Source: Synechococcus sp. A15-28 (GTDB lineage Bacteria > Cyanobacteriota > Cyanobacteriia > PCC-6307 > Cyanobiaceae). Taken from it: 32,000 bases of DNA. Both the position numbers and the translations under genes were made by a program. Within the stretch, counting starts at the first letter, position 1; each line of letters starts with the position of its first letter. The stretch lies in contig NZ_CP047931.1 of assembly GCF_014280175.1 (NCBI RefSeq), positions 2,070,001 through 2,102,000 on the forward strand, given 5' to 3'. Positions 10,886 to 21,862 of this stretch are shown in pieces. The notes under the pieces are model-generated. The model saw only the letters and a list, made by a program, of their open reading frames with translations. It had not been told where the DNA came from and did no database searches.

Positions 10886-10948
10886 AGGGATCCACAGCGG
10901 AGCGTCGACTCAGGGTAGGCAGACGCGCTGCAGGCAGGATGGATCCGA

Positions 10949-11287
10949 TTGCACGGAATTCGGATGCCGAAGGGCGGCTGGCAGGAATTCAGCAGCGCTG
11001 ACAGCCTCCAGCGCCCAGCTGTCACGGCAGACAGCACACCAAAGGCGCAGCAGATGGTGCGGGTGCAACCCACCCGCGGTGGCAAGGGCGGCAAGACCGT
11101 GACCGTGATCCGTGGGCTTGAACTCGACGCCGCCGGGTTCAAGGCCCTGCTCAAGAAACTGAAAACAAGGATCGGCAGCGGCGGCACCGCCAAGGACGGT
11201 GTGATCGAGCTGCAGGGGGATCAGGTGGACCTGGCCCTGGACCTGCTGGCCAAGGAGGGCTATCGACCGAAGCGAGCCGGTGGTTAG
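10949..11287 (+). CDS. SUI1/eIF1-like translation initiation factor family protein (YciH-like)
   Basis: [79 protein letters not shown]. Confidence 0.93.
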   Translation: MHGIRMPKGGWQEFSSADSLQRPAVTADSTPKAQQMVRVQPTRGGKGGKTVTVIRGLELDAAGFKALLKKLKTRIGSGGTAKDGVIELQGDQVDLALDLLAKEGYRPKRAGG

Positions 11288-11318
11288 GGGAGAATGGCGC
11301 GCACTTCAGCCTCAGCCC

Positions 11319-11963
11319 ATGACCGCCAGCCCCACCTACGGAGAGCTCACCAACCAGGGGGCGTCCACCAACATCGCCTGGCATCAGGCTTCGGTGGATC
11401 GGGCGGCACGGGCTGAGCAACGCGGTCATCGCAGCGCCATCCTCTGGTTCACCGGACTTTCCGGCTCCGGCAAGAGCACCCTGGCCAATGCCGTCAACGC
11501 CGCCCTGTTCCAACGGGGCCTGGCGACCTACGTGCTGGATGGCGACAACGTCCGCCACGGCCTCTGCAAGGACCTGGGCTTTTCCGATGCCGACCGCGAA
11601 GAGAACATCCGTCGCATCGGCGAGTTGGCCAAATTGTTCCTGGACTCCGGCGTCATCGTGCTGACGGCCTTTGTGTCCCCCTTCCGCGCGGACCGGGACA
11701 AAGCCCGCGCCCTGGTGGAGGACGGTGATTTCATCGAAATCCACTGCGCGGCGGATCTGGAGGTCTGCGAATCCCGCGATCCCAAGGGTCTCTATGCCAA
11801 GGCCCGTGCCGGCCAGATCAAGGAGTTCACCGGCATCTCCAGCCCCTACGAAGCACCGGAGGCCGCAGAACTGAAGATCGACACCGGCAGCCAGGAGCTG
11901 GCCGAATCGGTCGAACTGGTGATCAAGGCCCTGCAGGAACGGGGGGTGATTCCGGCGGCGTGA
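11319..11963 (+). CDS. cysC: Adenylyl-sulfate kinase (ORF track starts at 11280; internal Met at 11319 preferred)
   Basis: [21 protein letters not shown] (P-loop), [58 protein letters not shown]-type motif. Confidence 0.95.
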   Translation: MTASPTYGELTNQGASTNIAWHQASVDRAARAEQRGHRSAILWFTGLSGSGKSTLANAVNAALFQRGLATYVLDGDNVRHGLCKDLGFSDADREENIRRIGELAKLFLDSGVIVLTAFVSPFRADRDKARALVEDGDFIEIHCAADLEVCESRDPKGLYAKARAGQIKEFTGISSPYEAPEAAELKIDTGSQELAESVELVIKALQERGVIPAA

Positions 11964-12999
11964 CACCGCTCCTCGCCGCCTCGGCGAGGGTTTTGATGCA
12001 GCTGGCCACAGGCACCGCCAGCAGCAGACCCAACAGATCGCCCACGCCGAGAATGGCTCCGAGCCGGGAGCCGATCGGCAAGGCGATCAACAACCAAGCC
12101 GGCTGCAGCCCAACGATGCTGCCCATCAGCCGCGGTTGGATCACCTGATCCACGATCTGGCCGACCACGATCGCCGCCGCCAGCAGCTCGATGCCGGTGC
12201 GGGGATCCTGCACACCGAGCACAGCGCTGACGAACACGATGGTCAGGGCACTGGCGTAGGGAATCAGGGTGGTGAAGCCGATCAGCACGGCGAACAACAC
12301 GCCATAGGGAATCTCCAGCACGGTGAACACCACCAGTTGTCCGGCGCTGAGGATCAGAGCCAACACCACCTGTCCTGCGAAGTAGCCGCGGAAGGTGCGA
12401 TCCAGCGTCGTGCCCACCAAGCCACGCCAGCGGGGCGGCAGCCACTGGAGCAGCCCCGCGGCGATCGAATCACCGCCCAGCAGCAGAAACACCGCCAGCA
12501 CCAGGATGATCAGCCCATTGATCGTGGTGCCCACCGTGGCCCCGAGGATGCTGAGCAGCCGCTGGCTGAACTGCGTCGCCAGTCGACTGATCTGGGAGAT
12601 CAGATCACTGCTGAGATCAGCGAACTCCGCTGGCAAACCATGGTTCAAAGCCCAGGATTGCCCCTGGTTGATCCAGGCTTCCGCTGCAGCGAGCAAAGCG
12701 GGCGAGGCATTGGTCAGCTGACTGAGCTGGTCAATAAGCAGCGGCAGCAGCTCCACCGCCGCCAGCCCGAGCAGGCCCACGGTGAGCAGCATCACCAGGG
12801 AGACGGAACCGATGCGGGAGAGACCGCGGCCCATCAGCCAGCGACAGGGCAGGTCCAGCAGAAAGGCGATCAAGGCCGCCGTGAGGAACAGGCCGGGAAA
12901 CGGCGCGAACTGCACCAGTAGCCGCTTGAGCACAAAGGCATTCACCCCCAGAAGCGGCAGCACCAGTCCGAGACGCAGCCAGGCCGGCCAGGGGTTCAT
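11923..12999 (-). CDS. AI-2E transporter / PerM-family membrane protein
   Basis: 358 aa multi-TM protein; [102 protein letters not shown]. Confidence 0.9.
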
Positions 13000-13010
13000 C
13001 GCGTTGAAAG

Positions 13011-13571
13011 TCAGGGGGTCGACATGCCGTCGAGATAGGCCGTGCTGCCGAGATCCAGCAGACGGGCATCCTTGGCCGCCACTGCATCGTGCAACCTGCG
13101 GCGATAGTCCGCCAGTCGAGCCGCCAGGGCCTCGTCCGCCACCGACAGGATCTGTGCAGCCAGCAATCCGGCATTGAGGCCGCCGCCGATGGCCATGGTG
13201 GCCACAGGAATGCCTCCCGGCATCTGCACAATCGAATGGAGCGAATCCACCCCGGACAGGGCTCGGCTTTGCACAGGGACTCCGATCACCGGCAGGGTGG
13301 TGAGGGCCGCCACCATCCCCGGAAGATGGGCCGCACCACCGGCGCCGGCCACGATCACACCGAAACCCTCAGCACGGGCCGCTTGAGCAAACGCCACCAT
13401 CTCCAGGGGCGTGCGGTGGGCGGACAACACCCGCACCTCCACCTCAACCCCCAGCTCCCGCAGGATGGCCGCGGCCGGTTCCATGGTCGGCAGGTCGGAA
13501 TCACTGCCCATCACCACGGCCACGCGGGGGAGAACTGTCGTCACGGAAAAGAACGGCAAGACTGTCATCGT
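13011..13571 (-). CDS. purE: 5-(carboxyamino)imidazole ribonucleotide mutase (ORF track extends to 13748; trimmed start)
   Basis: [93 protein letters not shown]. Confidence 0.96.
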   Translation of the reverse strand, partial: TMTVLPFFSVTTVLPRVAVVMGSDSDLPTMEPAAAILRELGVEVEVRVLSAHRTPLEMVAFAQAARAEGFGVIVAGAGGAAHLPGMVAALTTLPVIGVPVQSRALSGVDSLHSIVQMPGGIPVATMAIGGGLNAGLLAAQILSVADEALAARLADYRRRLHDAVAAKDARLLDLGSTAYLDGMSTP

Positions 13572-13601
13572 CTCCCGCAGCGGCCCCTTCGGCCAGACCT
13601 G

Positions 13602-14753
13602 ATGCGACGGATCACCGATGTGCGCCTGCCCGCACCCCTCGGCAGCGACAGGGAGCGACGCCATTGGGTCGATCTCAACGATGACGGCTGCATCGTTGCC
13701 ATCCAGCCCCAGGTTGAGGCGGAACAACGCCATGGCACCAACTGGCACGGCGACTGGCTCAGCCCCCGCGGCATTGACCTGCAGATCAACGGTGGTCTGG
13801 GGCTGGCCTTCACTGAACTGGTCGACCAGGATCTGCCGCGGCTTATCGCGCTGCTGGAGCTGTTGTGGCAGGACGGTGTCGAGGCGATTGCCCCGACCCT
13901 GGTGACCTGTGGCATTGGCCCGTTACGTCGAGCCCTGGAGGTGTTGCGCCAGGCGCGGCGGCAGCATCAGCCGAGCCGCTGCCGTTTGCTGGGGGCCCAT
14001 CTGGAGGGTCCGTTCCTGGCGGAAGCCCGCCGCGGTGCGCATCCGATGGAGCATCTGGCAGCCCCCAGCCTGGAGGCACTGGAGCAGCGGATCGGCGGTT
14101 TTGAATCGGAGATCGCCCTGGTGACCCTGGCGCCGGAACTGGAGGGGGCCGCCGTGGTGATCCAGCGGCTGCGGCAGCTGGGCATCGCCGTCGCCCTCGG
14201 GCACAGTGCCGCCAAGGCAGAGCAGGCGGGCCAGGCCTTTGACCTGGGGGTGGAGATGATCACCCATGCCTTCAATGCGATGCCAGGACTGCACCACCGG
14301 GCGCCTGGACCACTGGGGGAAGCCTGCCGGCGGGGCGGTATCGCCCTGGGCCTGATCGCCGATGGGGTGCACGTGGACCCGACCATGGCGGTGCTGTTGC
14401 AACGGCTGGCCCCGGAGCAGGTGGTGCTGGTGAGCGATGCCCTGGCTCCCTACGGCCTGGCGGATGGCGAACACCGCTGGGACAAGCGGGTGCTGCTGGT
14501 GCAGAACGGCACCTGCCGGCTGGAGGACGGCACCTTCGCCGGGGTGACCCTGCCCCAGCTGGAGGGTGTCAGACGTCTTGCTTGCTGGAGCGATGAACCC
14601 GGCGCTGCAATCTGGAGCGCCACGGTGGCGCCGCGGCGGCTGAGCGATGGCGGCACGGGGGTGGAGGACGCCCTGCTGGGGAAACCACTGAAGGAACAGC
14701 TGCGCTGGAGCCGCCAAGCGGCTGGAGATCTGCACTGGGCCTGCGCTGCTTAA
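13602..14753 (+). CDS. nagA: N-acetylglucosamine-6-phosphate deacetylase-like amidohydrolase (ORF track extends to 13089; trimmed start)
   Basis: [93 protein letters not shown]. Confidence 0.9.
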   Translation: MRRITDVRLPAPLGSDRERRHWVDLNDDGCIVAIQPQVEAEQRHGTNWHGDWLSPRGIDLQINGGLGLAFTELVDQDLPRLIALLELLWQDGVEAIAPTLVTCGIGPLRRALEVLRQARRQHQPSRCRLLGAHLEGPFLAEARRGAHPMEHLAAPSLEALEQRIGGFESEIALVTLAPELEGAAVVIQRLRQLGIAVALGHSAAKAEQAGQAFDLGVEMITHAFNAMPGLHHRAPGPLGEACRRGGIALGLIADGVHVDPTMAVLLQRLAPEQVVLVSDALAPYGLADGEHRWDKRVLLVQNGTCRLEDGTFAGVTLPQLEGVRRLACWSDEPGAAIWSATVAPRRLSDGGTGVEDALLGKPLKEQLRWSRQAAGDLHWACAA

Positions 14754-14780
14754 GATCCCGCCGAATACGTCCAACCTTCG

Positions 14781-15494
14781 ATGGCCCCCGATCAACTGCT
14801 GGAGCAGAAACAGGCCGAGAAGCAGGAGGTGAAGGGCTACTTCGAGACCACGGGCTTCGATCGCTGGAACCGCATCTACAGCGAAAGCGATGAGGTGAAC
14901 AAGGTGCAGCGCAACATCCGCATCGGCCACCAGAAGACCGTCGATGAGGTGCTGGCCTGGATCAAGGAGAGCGATGAGCTCAACGACGTGAGCTTCTGTG
15001 ATGCAGGCTGCGGCGTCGGCAGCCTCAGCCTGCCGCTGGCCGAGATGGGGGCCGGCTCGATCAGCGCCAGCGACATCTCCGAAGCCATGGCCCAGGAAGC
15101 CGACCGACGCGCCCGCGCGGCAGGTCTGGACATGGCAAAGCTCAGTTTCAGCGCTTCAGACCTGGAGAGCCTTCAGGGTTCCTTCCACACCGTGTGCTGC
15201 CTGGATGTGTTCATTCACTACCCCCAGCAACTGGCCGAGGAGATGGTGAAGCACCTCTGCAGCCTCACCGAACAGCGCCTGATCGTCAGCTTTGCGCCCT
15301 ACACACCGCTGCTGGCGCTGCTGAAGGGCATCGGCCAGCTGTTCCCAGGCCCCAGCAAGACCACCCGGGCCTACACGCTCAAGGAAGCAGGCATCGTCAA
15401 AGCGGCGGAAGCCTGCGGCTTCAAGCTGGTGCGCCGCAGCCTGAACAAGGCCCCCTTCTACTTCTCCCGCCTGATCGAATTCCGCAAGGCCTGA
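14781..15494 (+). CDS. chlM: Magnesium protoporphyrin IX methyltransferase
   Basis: EVKGYFETTGFDRWNRIYSESDEVNKVQRNIRIGHQKTVDEVLAWI, DAGCGVGSLSLPLAEMGA, FAPYTPLLALLKGIGQLFPGPSKTTRAYTLKE. Confidence 0.96.
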   Translation: MAPDQLLEQKQAEKQEVKGYFETTGFDRWNRIYSESDEVNKVQRNIRIGHQKTVDEVLAWIKESDELNDVSFCDAGCGVGSLSLPLAEMGAGSISASDISEAMAQEADRRARAAGLDMAKLSFSASDLESLQGSFHTVCCLDVFIHYPQQLAEEMVKHLCSLTEQRLIVSFAPYTPLLALLKGIGQLFPGPSKTTRAYTLKEAGIVKAAEACGFKLVRRSLNKAPFYFSRLIEFRKA

Positions 15495-16405
15495 TCTCCC
15501 TCAAACGGGGGATCGACCTGCAGTGTGGACTCCCCCAACTGAGGGAGTCCGGACAACCGCCAGGCATGCAGCCGGTAGCCCCCATCCCCTGGGGTTGCTG
15601 TTGCGGAAATCTCTCGGTTGAGCAGATAGAGCGGATCTCCGAGCAGCGGGCTGCCCAGCTGCGCCAGATGAATACGGATCTGATGGGGGCGACCGGTGGA
15701 GATCGTCACCTGCAAACGATCACCCTCAGCCGTGCGCTCCAACAGCTCGAACTCGGAGTGGGCTGAAAGCCGTTTGCGGATTGGCTCCTCATCCAGGGGT
15801 TCCGGCCCCCAGATCCAACCCAGCAGCGGATGCGGCCGTTCCACCACGTCACTGCTCACCGTCAAACACCGCCCCAGCTCCAATCCAGGCACCCGCTGGC
15901 TCCAGGCCTGATACACCTTGCGGCAGCCGCCATCCGGCCGGAACTGCTTGGACCAGAGGGCGCGAGTTGGCGACGTGCGCGCGCACACCTGCAGGCCGGA
16001 GGTGAACCGCCCCAGCCGATGCACCGGCCGCGCACCGGTGGGCTCGAGCAAGGCCGTCAATGTGTGGCGGAGGAAGCCACCGCCGGGCATCACCGGCAAC
16101 CCCGAGGGCTTGTTGATCACCAGCAGATCGCCGTCGTCGTGGATCGTGTCCCAGTGATCGGGAATCGCCTCTTCCAGCCAGGGCGGCCGGCTCCAACAGA
16201 GGATCTCACCGCCCTGCAGCTGTTGATCACCAGAGAGAACTGCTCCGTTCAACTCCAGCTCGCCCGCAGCGATCCTCTGCTGCCAGATCAATGCTTCGGA
16301 GTGGCGGTAGCGATGCGCCAGCCATTCGCTCACCAGGGTCCTGACGCCGACCCGCGGCACCCTGTCGCGGTAGGTCCAACCGCTGTTGAGCGCGGCAGGC
16401 TTCAA
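15458..16405 (-). CDS. RluA-family pseudouridine synthase with S4-like N-terminus
   Basis: DDGDLLVINKPSGLPVMPGGGFLRHTLTALL, RPVHRLGRFTSGLQVCARTSPTRA, ISTGRPHQIRIHLAQLGSPLLGDPLY. Confidence 0.92.
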   Translation of the reverse strand: MKPAALNSGWTYRDRVPRVGVRTLVSEWLAHRYRHSEALIWQQRIAAGELELNGAVLSGDQQLQGGEILCWSRPPWLEEAIPDHWDTIHDDGDLLVINKPSGLPVMPGGGFLRHTLTALLEPTGARPVHRLGRFTSGLQVCARTSPTRALWSKQFRPDGGCRKVYQAWSQRVPGLELGRCLTVSSDVVERPHPLLGWIWGPEPLDEEPIRKRLSAHSEFELLERTAEGDRLQVTISTGRPHQIRIHLAQLGSPLLGDPLYLLNREISATATPGDGGYRLHAWRLSGLPQLGESTLQVDPPFEGDQALRNSIRREK

Positions 16406-17139
16406 GTCACCAGACGGTGCTCCAGGGCGTAGCGCACCAGTTCCGTGCGGCTGGAGGTACCCGTCTTGTTGAACAGCCGGCTCACGTACTTCTCAACGTT
16501 GCGAATGGAGGTCTCCAGCTGACGGGCGATTTCCTTGTTCATCAATCCTTCCGCCACCAGCTGCAGCACGCTCGCCTCCCGCGGCGTGAAGCTGTGCACC
16601 ACGGGCTCAGTGGAAGGCAGTGCTTCCGCCTGGGCCAACAGCGAGCGGATCTCGGTGATCTGCTTGGCCATCTGACCCATATCCGTATCCGCAAAGCGGG
16701 CCGCCTCCTGCAGCAACCGCTGCTGCCGCTGGGCCACATTGCGCACCCGCGCCACCAGCTCATCGGGATCGAACGGTTTGGGGATGTAGTCATCCACCCC
16801 CGCCAGGTAGCCCTGGGTGCGGTCCGCCGTCATTCCCTTGGCGGTGAGGAAGATCACCGGGGTGCCTCCAAGGCGTTCATCGGCCCGCAGCTTCTTCAGC
16901 AGCCCGTAGCCATCGAGCCGCGGCATCATCACATCGCTGATCACCACCTCAGGAAGCATCTGCTGCGCCTTGGTGAAGCCTTCTTCGCCATCCACGGCGG
17001 TGGTCACCTCAAACCCTTCGTCCTCGAGGTAGGCCTGCACTGCCGTCCGCAGCCCCGGCTCGTCATCCACCAGCAGCAGCCGCGGGGCCGGCACAGAAGC
17101 CTCCTGCGCGTCAGGGCTGGGAATTGGCGTGTCGGTCAT
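16402..17139 (-). CDS. Two-component response regulator, receiver + LuxR-type HTH output domain
   Basis: RLLLVDDEPGLRTAVQAYL, VVISDVMMPRLDGYGLL, VIFLTAK, GVDDYIPKPFDPDEL; FTPREASVLQLVAEGLMNKEIARQLETSIRNVEKYVSRLFNKTG. Confidence 0.94.
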   Translation of the reverse strand: MTDTPIPSPDAQEASVPAPRLLLVDDEPGLRTAVQAYLEDEGFEVTTAVDGEEGFTKAQQMLPEVVISDVMMPRLDGYGLLKKLRADERLGGTPVIFLTAKGMTADRTQGYLAGVDDYIPKPFDPDELVARVRNVAQRQQRLLQEAARFADTDMGQMAKQITEIRSLLAQAEALPSTEPVVHSFTPREASVLQLVAEGLMNKEIARQLETSIRNVEKYVSRLFNKTGTSSRTELVRYALEHRLVT

Positions 17140-17163
17140 GGCCGGAATCGCTCTGACAGAAGC

Positions 17164-17703
17164 CTATGGACGGGGAGACTTCGGAGCCAGTGCGGGTAAC
17201 TGCTGCTGACGTTCGGGAATCAGGGTCGAATAGCCCAGATCAAGGGCCTTCTGGCGCAACGTCGCTGGTTCGGTTCCCGCCACTTCGGGAACACAGGCTG
17301 CCCACCACACCAGATGATCCTCACGGTTGGTGTCGCTCACAGGACCGCCGGGGTTGAGGTTGCGCACATACACCGCCGTGGCAGTTCGTTTGACCCGCAA
17401 GGGATTGGCAGCACTGCAATTCACCGACTCGAAGTAGATGTTCAGATCATTCGGCAGCTCTTCCCAGATCTTGTACTGCCGCACGTCCGGATCAGCGGCG
17501 CTGGGCTTGATTGCATAGATGCCGATGGTGCGCAGGCCACCGGCATCCGGCGTTTCGATCAGCACCTTCAGATCAGCGGGGCGGGACTTCTTCATCTGCT
17601 CTAACACCTCCTGGCGATCAATCGCAGCGGCGCCAGGGGGGGCCAGCAACAGGGCCAGGCCGAACCAGGCCGTCGGGAATCGCAGACCCATGCCGATGGT
17701 CAA
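17164..17703 (-). CDS. Hypothetical exported protein
   Basis: 179 aa; N-terminal signal-peptide-like segment LRFPTAWFGLALLLAPPGAAA; remainder globular, with coherent length and gene packing. Confidence 0.75.
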   Translation of the reverse strand: MTIGMGLRFPTAWFGLALLLAPPGAAAIDRQEVLEQMKKSRPADLKVLIETPDAGGLRTIGIYAIKPSAADPDVRQYKIWEELPNDLNIYFESVNCSAANPLRVKRTATAVYVRNLNPGGPVSDTNREDHLVWWAACVPEVAGTEPATLRQKALDLGYSTLIPERQQQLPALAPKSPRP

Positions 17704-17759
17704 CTACGTGGCCAAGCATGATCGCAACAGTGTGAACAAACCAGCTGTCACGCCGTCCT

Positions 17760-18902
17760 CTTGCCTTTGATTTCCAGGCCACCACGCCCTGTGCGGCTCA
17801 GGTGGTGGAGGCGATGGCGCCCTACTGGAGTGAGGAATGGGGCAATCCCTCCAGCCGTCAGCACCGCCTCGGACTCACCGCTTCAGCGGCTGTGAACCTG
17901 GCCCGCAGGCAGATCGCGGAAGCCCTGGCCATCACGCCCCAGCGGCTGGTGTTCACCAGCGGTGCCACGGAAGCCAACAACCTTGCGCTGCTCGGCCATG
18001 CCCGAGCCCTGGGGAGCGGCCATCTGATCAGCGTGGCCACCGAACACCACGCGGTGCTCGATCCGCTGCATCAACTGCAGCGCGAGGGATTTGCCGTCAC
18101 GCTGCTGCAACCGCGCGCGGACGGGCTGATCGATCCGCAGCAGCTGCGTGCGGCGATCACCCCCGACACCCGGCTGGTCAGTGTGATGGCCGCCAACAAC
18201 GAAATTGGCGTGCTGCAACCGCTGGCGGAGCTGGCTTCGGTCTGTCGCGACCACGGCATCGCCTTGCACAGCGATGCGGCCCAGGCCTTCGGTCACATCC
18301 CTCTCGAGCCCGATGCCCTGGGCGTTGATCTGCTGAGCCTCAGTGCCCACAAGCTCTATGGCCCCAAGGGAATCGGTGCTCTGGTGATCCGAGAGGGTCT
18401 GGGACTTCAACCCCTGCAATGGGGCGGGGGCCAGGAGGCGGGCCTGAGGGCCGGCACCCTGCCCACCGCCCTGATCGTGGGTTTTGCAAAGGCTGCCCAG
18501 CTGGCCATGGCCGATCGGGAAGAACGGCAGCAGCGGCTGGCAGGACTGCGTGATCAACTCTGGGAGGGCCTGCAGCAGCGCCTCCCCGGCGTGCTGCTCA
18601 ATGGGGCCCTGCAACCAAGGCTGCCCCACAACCTCAACATCACCCTGCCCGGGGTGAACGGCAGCCGCCTGCATCGCTCCCTCAAACCGCAACTCAGCTG
18701 CAGCAGCGGCTCGGCCTGCAGCAACGGCGCCCCCTCCCACGTGCTGCAAGCGATCGGCCGTTCGCGCGCTGAAGCCGAAGCCTCCCTGCGGCTGAGCCTG
18801 GGGCGCGACACCACAGCGGACGACGTCCACCAAGCAGTGATCGCCGTGGGTGAGACCGTCGCTGCAGCCCAGCGCAGATCTACCTACGTTCAGCTCGAGT
18901 GA
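17760..18902 (+). CDS. Cysteine desulfurase, NifS/IscS-type (ORF track starts 17802; conserved N-terminus extends upstream in frame, exact start unclear)
   Basis: In-frame upstream FDFQATTPCAAQVVEAM; GATEANNLALLG, TEHHAVLDPLHQL, HSDAAQAFGHIPL, DLLSLSAHKLYGPKGIGALV, GGGQEAGLRAGTLPT, SCSSGSACSNG. Confidence 0.92.
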   Translation, partial: LAFDFQATTPCAAQVVEAMAPYWSEEWGNPSSRQHRLGLTASAAVNLARRQIAEALAITPQRLVFTSGATEANNLALLGHARALGSGHLISVATEHHAVLDPLHQLQREGFAVTLLQPRADGLIDPQQLRAAITPDTRLVSVMAANNEIGVLQPLAELASVCRDHGIALHSDAAQAFGHIPLEPDALGVDLLSLSAHKLYGPKGIGALVIREGLGLQPLQWGGGQEAGLRAGTLPTALIVGFAKAAQLAMADREERQQRLAGLRDQLWEGLQQRLPGVLLNGALQPRLPHNLNITLPGVNGSRLHRSLKPQLSCSSGSACSNGAPSHVLQAIGRSRAEAEASLRLSLGRDTTADDVHQAVIAVGETVAAAQRRSTYVQLE

Positions 18903-18911
18903 TTTGGATCC

Positions 18912-19709
18912 ATGAGCACCCGGGCCGAGCTTTCCGTTGGCGCTGCCATCCAGGAGGGATGGCGGGCCTTTCGACTGGCCCCCTGGGCCTTTGTGGGGTT
19001 TGTGCTGCTCAGCTCGCTGCTGGCCCAGTTGGCCAATCTGATTCCTGTGTTGGGCGCTCTGCTGGCAACGCTGGTGAACCTATGGGGCGGTGTTGGCCTG
19101 ATCCGCGGCTCCTGGATCGCCCTGGGGGGGACCGCACCTCGCTTTGACGATTTCACCCGCTGGAACGGGGCTGCCCTATGGCGTCTGTTCAGCCGGCAGC
19201 TGGTGCTTTGCCTCCTGCTGCTGCCCATCGCCCTGTTGGTGATCGTCGTGGCCCTCAATGCCGCCGATGCCTGGACGGTGTTCGCTCCGCTGATGAATCT
19301 GGCGCTGACGGTGGACCCAAGCGATCCGCAGCTGGCGGACGCCGGCAGTGCTGCCGCCCTTGAGCTGGCCCTGAATTTCAGCCGCAGCCCCCTGGCCTTG
19401 CTGACCCTGGCCTTCGGGTCTCTGTTTGCCACCTACATCCAGGTGAACCAAAGCTTTCTTGGCTTCATTGCTCTGCTCGAGGGCCTCAACCCGATCGCCA
19501 CGATTCAGCGCGGCATCAGCGTGGTGCAGGATCAGTGGTGGCAAGTGTTCGGCCTGTTGGTCCTGCAGGTGGTGATCCTGCTGCTGGGGCTTCTGGCCTG
19601 TGTCGTCGGCCTGGTAGCCGCCGCCCCAGTCTGCGTCTGCATCACAGGCGCTGCTTATCGGCAGCTGTTCGGTCAGGAGGACCAAGCCGGCCTGCTCAGG
19701 GATCAGTAA
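18912..19709 (+). CDS. Hypothetical multi-pass membrane protein
   Basis: 265 aa with several hydrophobic segments ([31 protein letters not shown]; [19 protein letters not shown]; [29 protein letters not shown]). Confidence 0.8.
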   Translation: MSTRAELSVGAAIQEGWRAFRLAPWAFVGFVLLSSLLAQLANLIPVLGALLATLVNLWGGVGLIRGSWIALGGTAPRFDDFTRWNGAALWRLFSRQLVLCLLLLPIALLVIVVALNAADAWTVFAPLMNLALTVDPSDPQLADAGSAAALELALNFSRSPLALLTLAFGSLFATYIQVNQSFLGFIALLEGLNPIATIQRGISVVQDQWWQVFGLLVLQVVILLLGLLACVVGLVAAAPVCVCITGAAYRQLFGQEDQAGLLRDQ

Positions 19710-20580
19710 CCTTGCGGGCCAGGCGCCATTTGGCGCTGCGGCTGCGGGGATTGGCCTCTTCCTCCTGCTCCGTCGCCACCACCGGCTTGCGGGTGATTCG
19801 TTGCAAGCGCTCATCCCGCAGGAAAGCGGTCTTGACGCGGCGGTCTTCCAGGGAATGGAAGCTGATGATCCCCAGCAGGCCCTCGGGCTCCAGCCAATCG
19901 GGAGCCTGCTGCAGCAGACGATCCAGCACCCCCAGCTCATCGTTCACCGCAATCCGCAGGGCCTGGAAGGTGCGGGTGGCGGGATGGATCCGACCTCGGC
20001 GAGCCTTGGGGGGGTAGCAACCGGCCACCGCATAGGCCAGGGCCGACGTGCCTTCGTATGCACCCTTCTCCTTGAGGTCGGCTTTGATCCGCCGGGCGAT
20101 GCGACGGGAGAGCCGCTCCTCCCCATAGCCATAGATCAGATCCGCCAGCTCGTTCTCCTCCAGGCGATCCATCAGCTCAGCCGCGGTCTCCCCCTCACCG
20201 CTGGAATTCATCCGCATGTCCAAGGGGCCATCCAGGCGGAAGCTGAAACCCCGCTCCGCCACATCCAGCTGCGGGCTGCTCACCCCCAGATCTGCCAGCA
20301 CCATCACAGCGGGCTCGGGCGGCACGTAGTCGGCAAAATTCGTGGCCACGATCGAGACGCGATCGCCGAAGGGAGCCAAGCGCTCCGCCGCCGCGGCCCG
20401 GGCCGTGGCGTCCTGGTCCAGGCCGATCAAGCGCAGGCCGGGATGCTGTTCCAGCAGCAGGGCGCTGTGGCCGCCACCGCCGAGGGTGGCGTCGATCAAC
20501 AGGCCATCGGCACGGTGGATCTGGCGGGCTGCATCCAGCACCGCTTCCGCCAGCACGGGCACATGGCTGAACAACGGCAC
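19696..20580 (-). CDS. rsmH: 16S rRNA (cytosine(1402)-N(4))-methyltransferase
   Basis: [102 protein letters not shown]. Confidence 0.97.
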   Translation of the reverse strand: MPLFSHVPVLAEAVLDAARQIHRADGLLIDATLGGGGHSALLLEQHPGLRLIGLDQDATARAAAAERLAPFGDRVSIVATNFADYVPPEPAVMVLADLGVSSPQLDVAERGFSFRLDGPLDMRMNSSGEGETAAELMDRLEENELADLIYGYGEERLSRRIARRIKADLKEKGAYEGTSALAYAVAGCYPPKARRGRIHPATRTFQALRIAVNDELGVLDRLLQQAPDWLEPEGLLGIISFHSLEDRRVKTAFLRDERLQRITRKPVVATEQEEEANPRSRSAKWRLARKVTDP

Positions 20581-20634
20581 AGGCCCGAGGCGAGGACTAC
20601 CTAAGATCTACTCATCGATCGGACCGCCGCTCCC

Positions 20635-21819
20635 ATGACGCAGCTGGAAACGCGCACTGAGCCCATGGTGGTGAACTTCGGGCCCCACCACCCCTCCATG
20701 CACGGGGTGCTGCGGCTCGTGGTGACGCTGGACGGTGAGGACGTGGTCGACTGCGAACCGGTGATCGGCTATCTCCACCGCGGCATGGAGAAGATTGCTG
20801 AGAACCGCACGAACGTGATGTTTGTGCCATACGTGAGCCGCATGGACTACGCGGCAGGGATGTTCTATGAGGCGGTGGTGGTGAACGCCCCAGAAAAACT
20901 GGCGGACATCCCGGTGCCCAAGCGAGCCAGCTACATCCGGGTGCTGATGCTGGAGCTCAACCGCATCGCCAACCACCTGCTCTGGCTTGGCCCCTTCCTG
21001 GCGGACGTTGGTGCTCAGACTCCGTTCTTCTATATCTTCCGCGAGCGGGAGATGATCTACGACCTCTGGGAAGCTGCGACGGGCCAGCGGCTGATCAACA
21101 ACAACTACTTCCGCATCGGCGGCGTCGCCGCTGATCTGCCCTGGGGCTGGTTGGAGAAGTGCCGCGATTTCTGCGACTGGTTCGGCCCCAAGATCGATGA
21201 ATACGAAAAGCTGATCACCAACAACCCGATCTTCCGGCGCCGCATTGAAGGGCTGGGAACGATCGAGAAGCAGGACGCCATCAACTGGAGCCTCTCGGGG
21301 CCGATGCTGCGCGCCTCCGGGGTGCCCTGGGACCTGCGCAAGGTGGATCACTACGAGTGCTACGACGACTTCGACTGGCAAGTTGCGTCAGAGAAGGAAG
21401 GCGATTGCTACGCCCGCTACCGCGTGCGCATCGAGGAAATGCGCCAGTCGCTCAAGATCCTGCGGCAGGCCTGCGACATGATCCCCGGCGGTCCCACCGA
21501 AAACCTCGAAGCCAAAAGGCTCAATGAAGGCAAGGGCAGCGACGCCGCCGGTTTCGACTTCCAGTATGTGGCCAAGAAGGTGGCCCCCACGTTCAAGATC
21601 CCCAACGGCGAGCTGTACACCCGGCTGGAGTCCGGCAAAGGCGAGATCGGTGTGTTCATTCAGGGCAACAACGACGTCACCCCCTGGCGCTTCAAGATCC
21701 GCGCTGCCGACAGCAACAACCTGCAGATCCTTCCCCACATCCTCAAGGGACACAAGGTGGCCGACATCATGGCCATCCTTGGTTCCATCGACGTGATCAT
21801 GGGCTCTGTGGATCGCTGA
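20635..21819 (+). CDS. ndhH: NAD(P)H-quinone oxidoreductase subunit H (NdhH/NuoD)
   Basis: [49 protein letters not shown]; [18 protein letters not shown]; [29 protein letters not shown]. Confidence 0.98.
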   Translation: MTQLETRTEPMVVNFGPHHPSMHGVLRLVVTLDGEDVVDCEPVIGYLHRGMEKIAENRTNVMFVPYVSRMDYAAGMFYEAVVVNAPEKLADIPVPKRASYIRVLMLELNRIANHLLWLGPFLADVGAQTPFFYIFREREMIYDLWEAATGQRLINNNYFRIGGVAADLPWGWLEKCRDFCDWFGPKIDEYEKLITNNPIFRRRIEGLGTIEKQDAINWSLSGPMLRASGVPWDLRKVDHYECYDDFDWQVASEKEGDCYARYRVRIEEMRQSLKILRQACDMIPGGPTENLEAKRLNEGKGSDAAGFDFQYVAKKVAPTFKIPNGELYTRLESGKGEIGVFIQGNNDVTPWRFKIRAADSNNLQILPHILKGHKVADIMAILGSIDVIMGSVDR

Positions 21820-21862
21820 GGTCCTGAACCGTTTCCTCCAGCGAGTCCGCAGGACGGGGTAT

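Noticed and set aside
9755-10918. 387-aa + strand ORF antisense to trpB
   Set aside because: Shadow ORF; trpB motifs are clear on the minus strand.
13923-14930. 335-aa minus strand ORF opposite nagA and chlM start
   Set aside because: Spans two well-supported plus-strand genes with no recognisable domain.
17883-18833. 316-aa minus strand ORF opposite the cysteine desulfurase
   Set aside because: Antisense artefact; PLP-lysine and active-site Cys motifs are on the plus strand.
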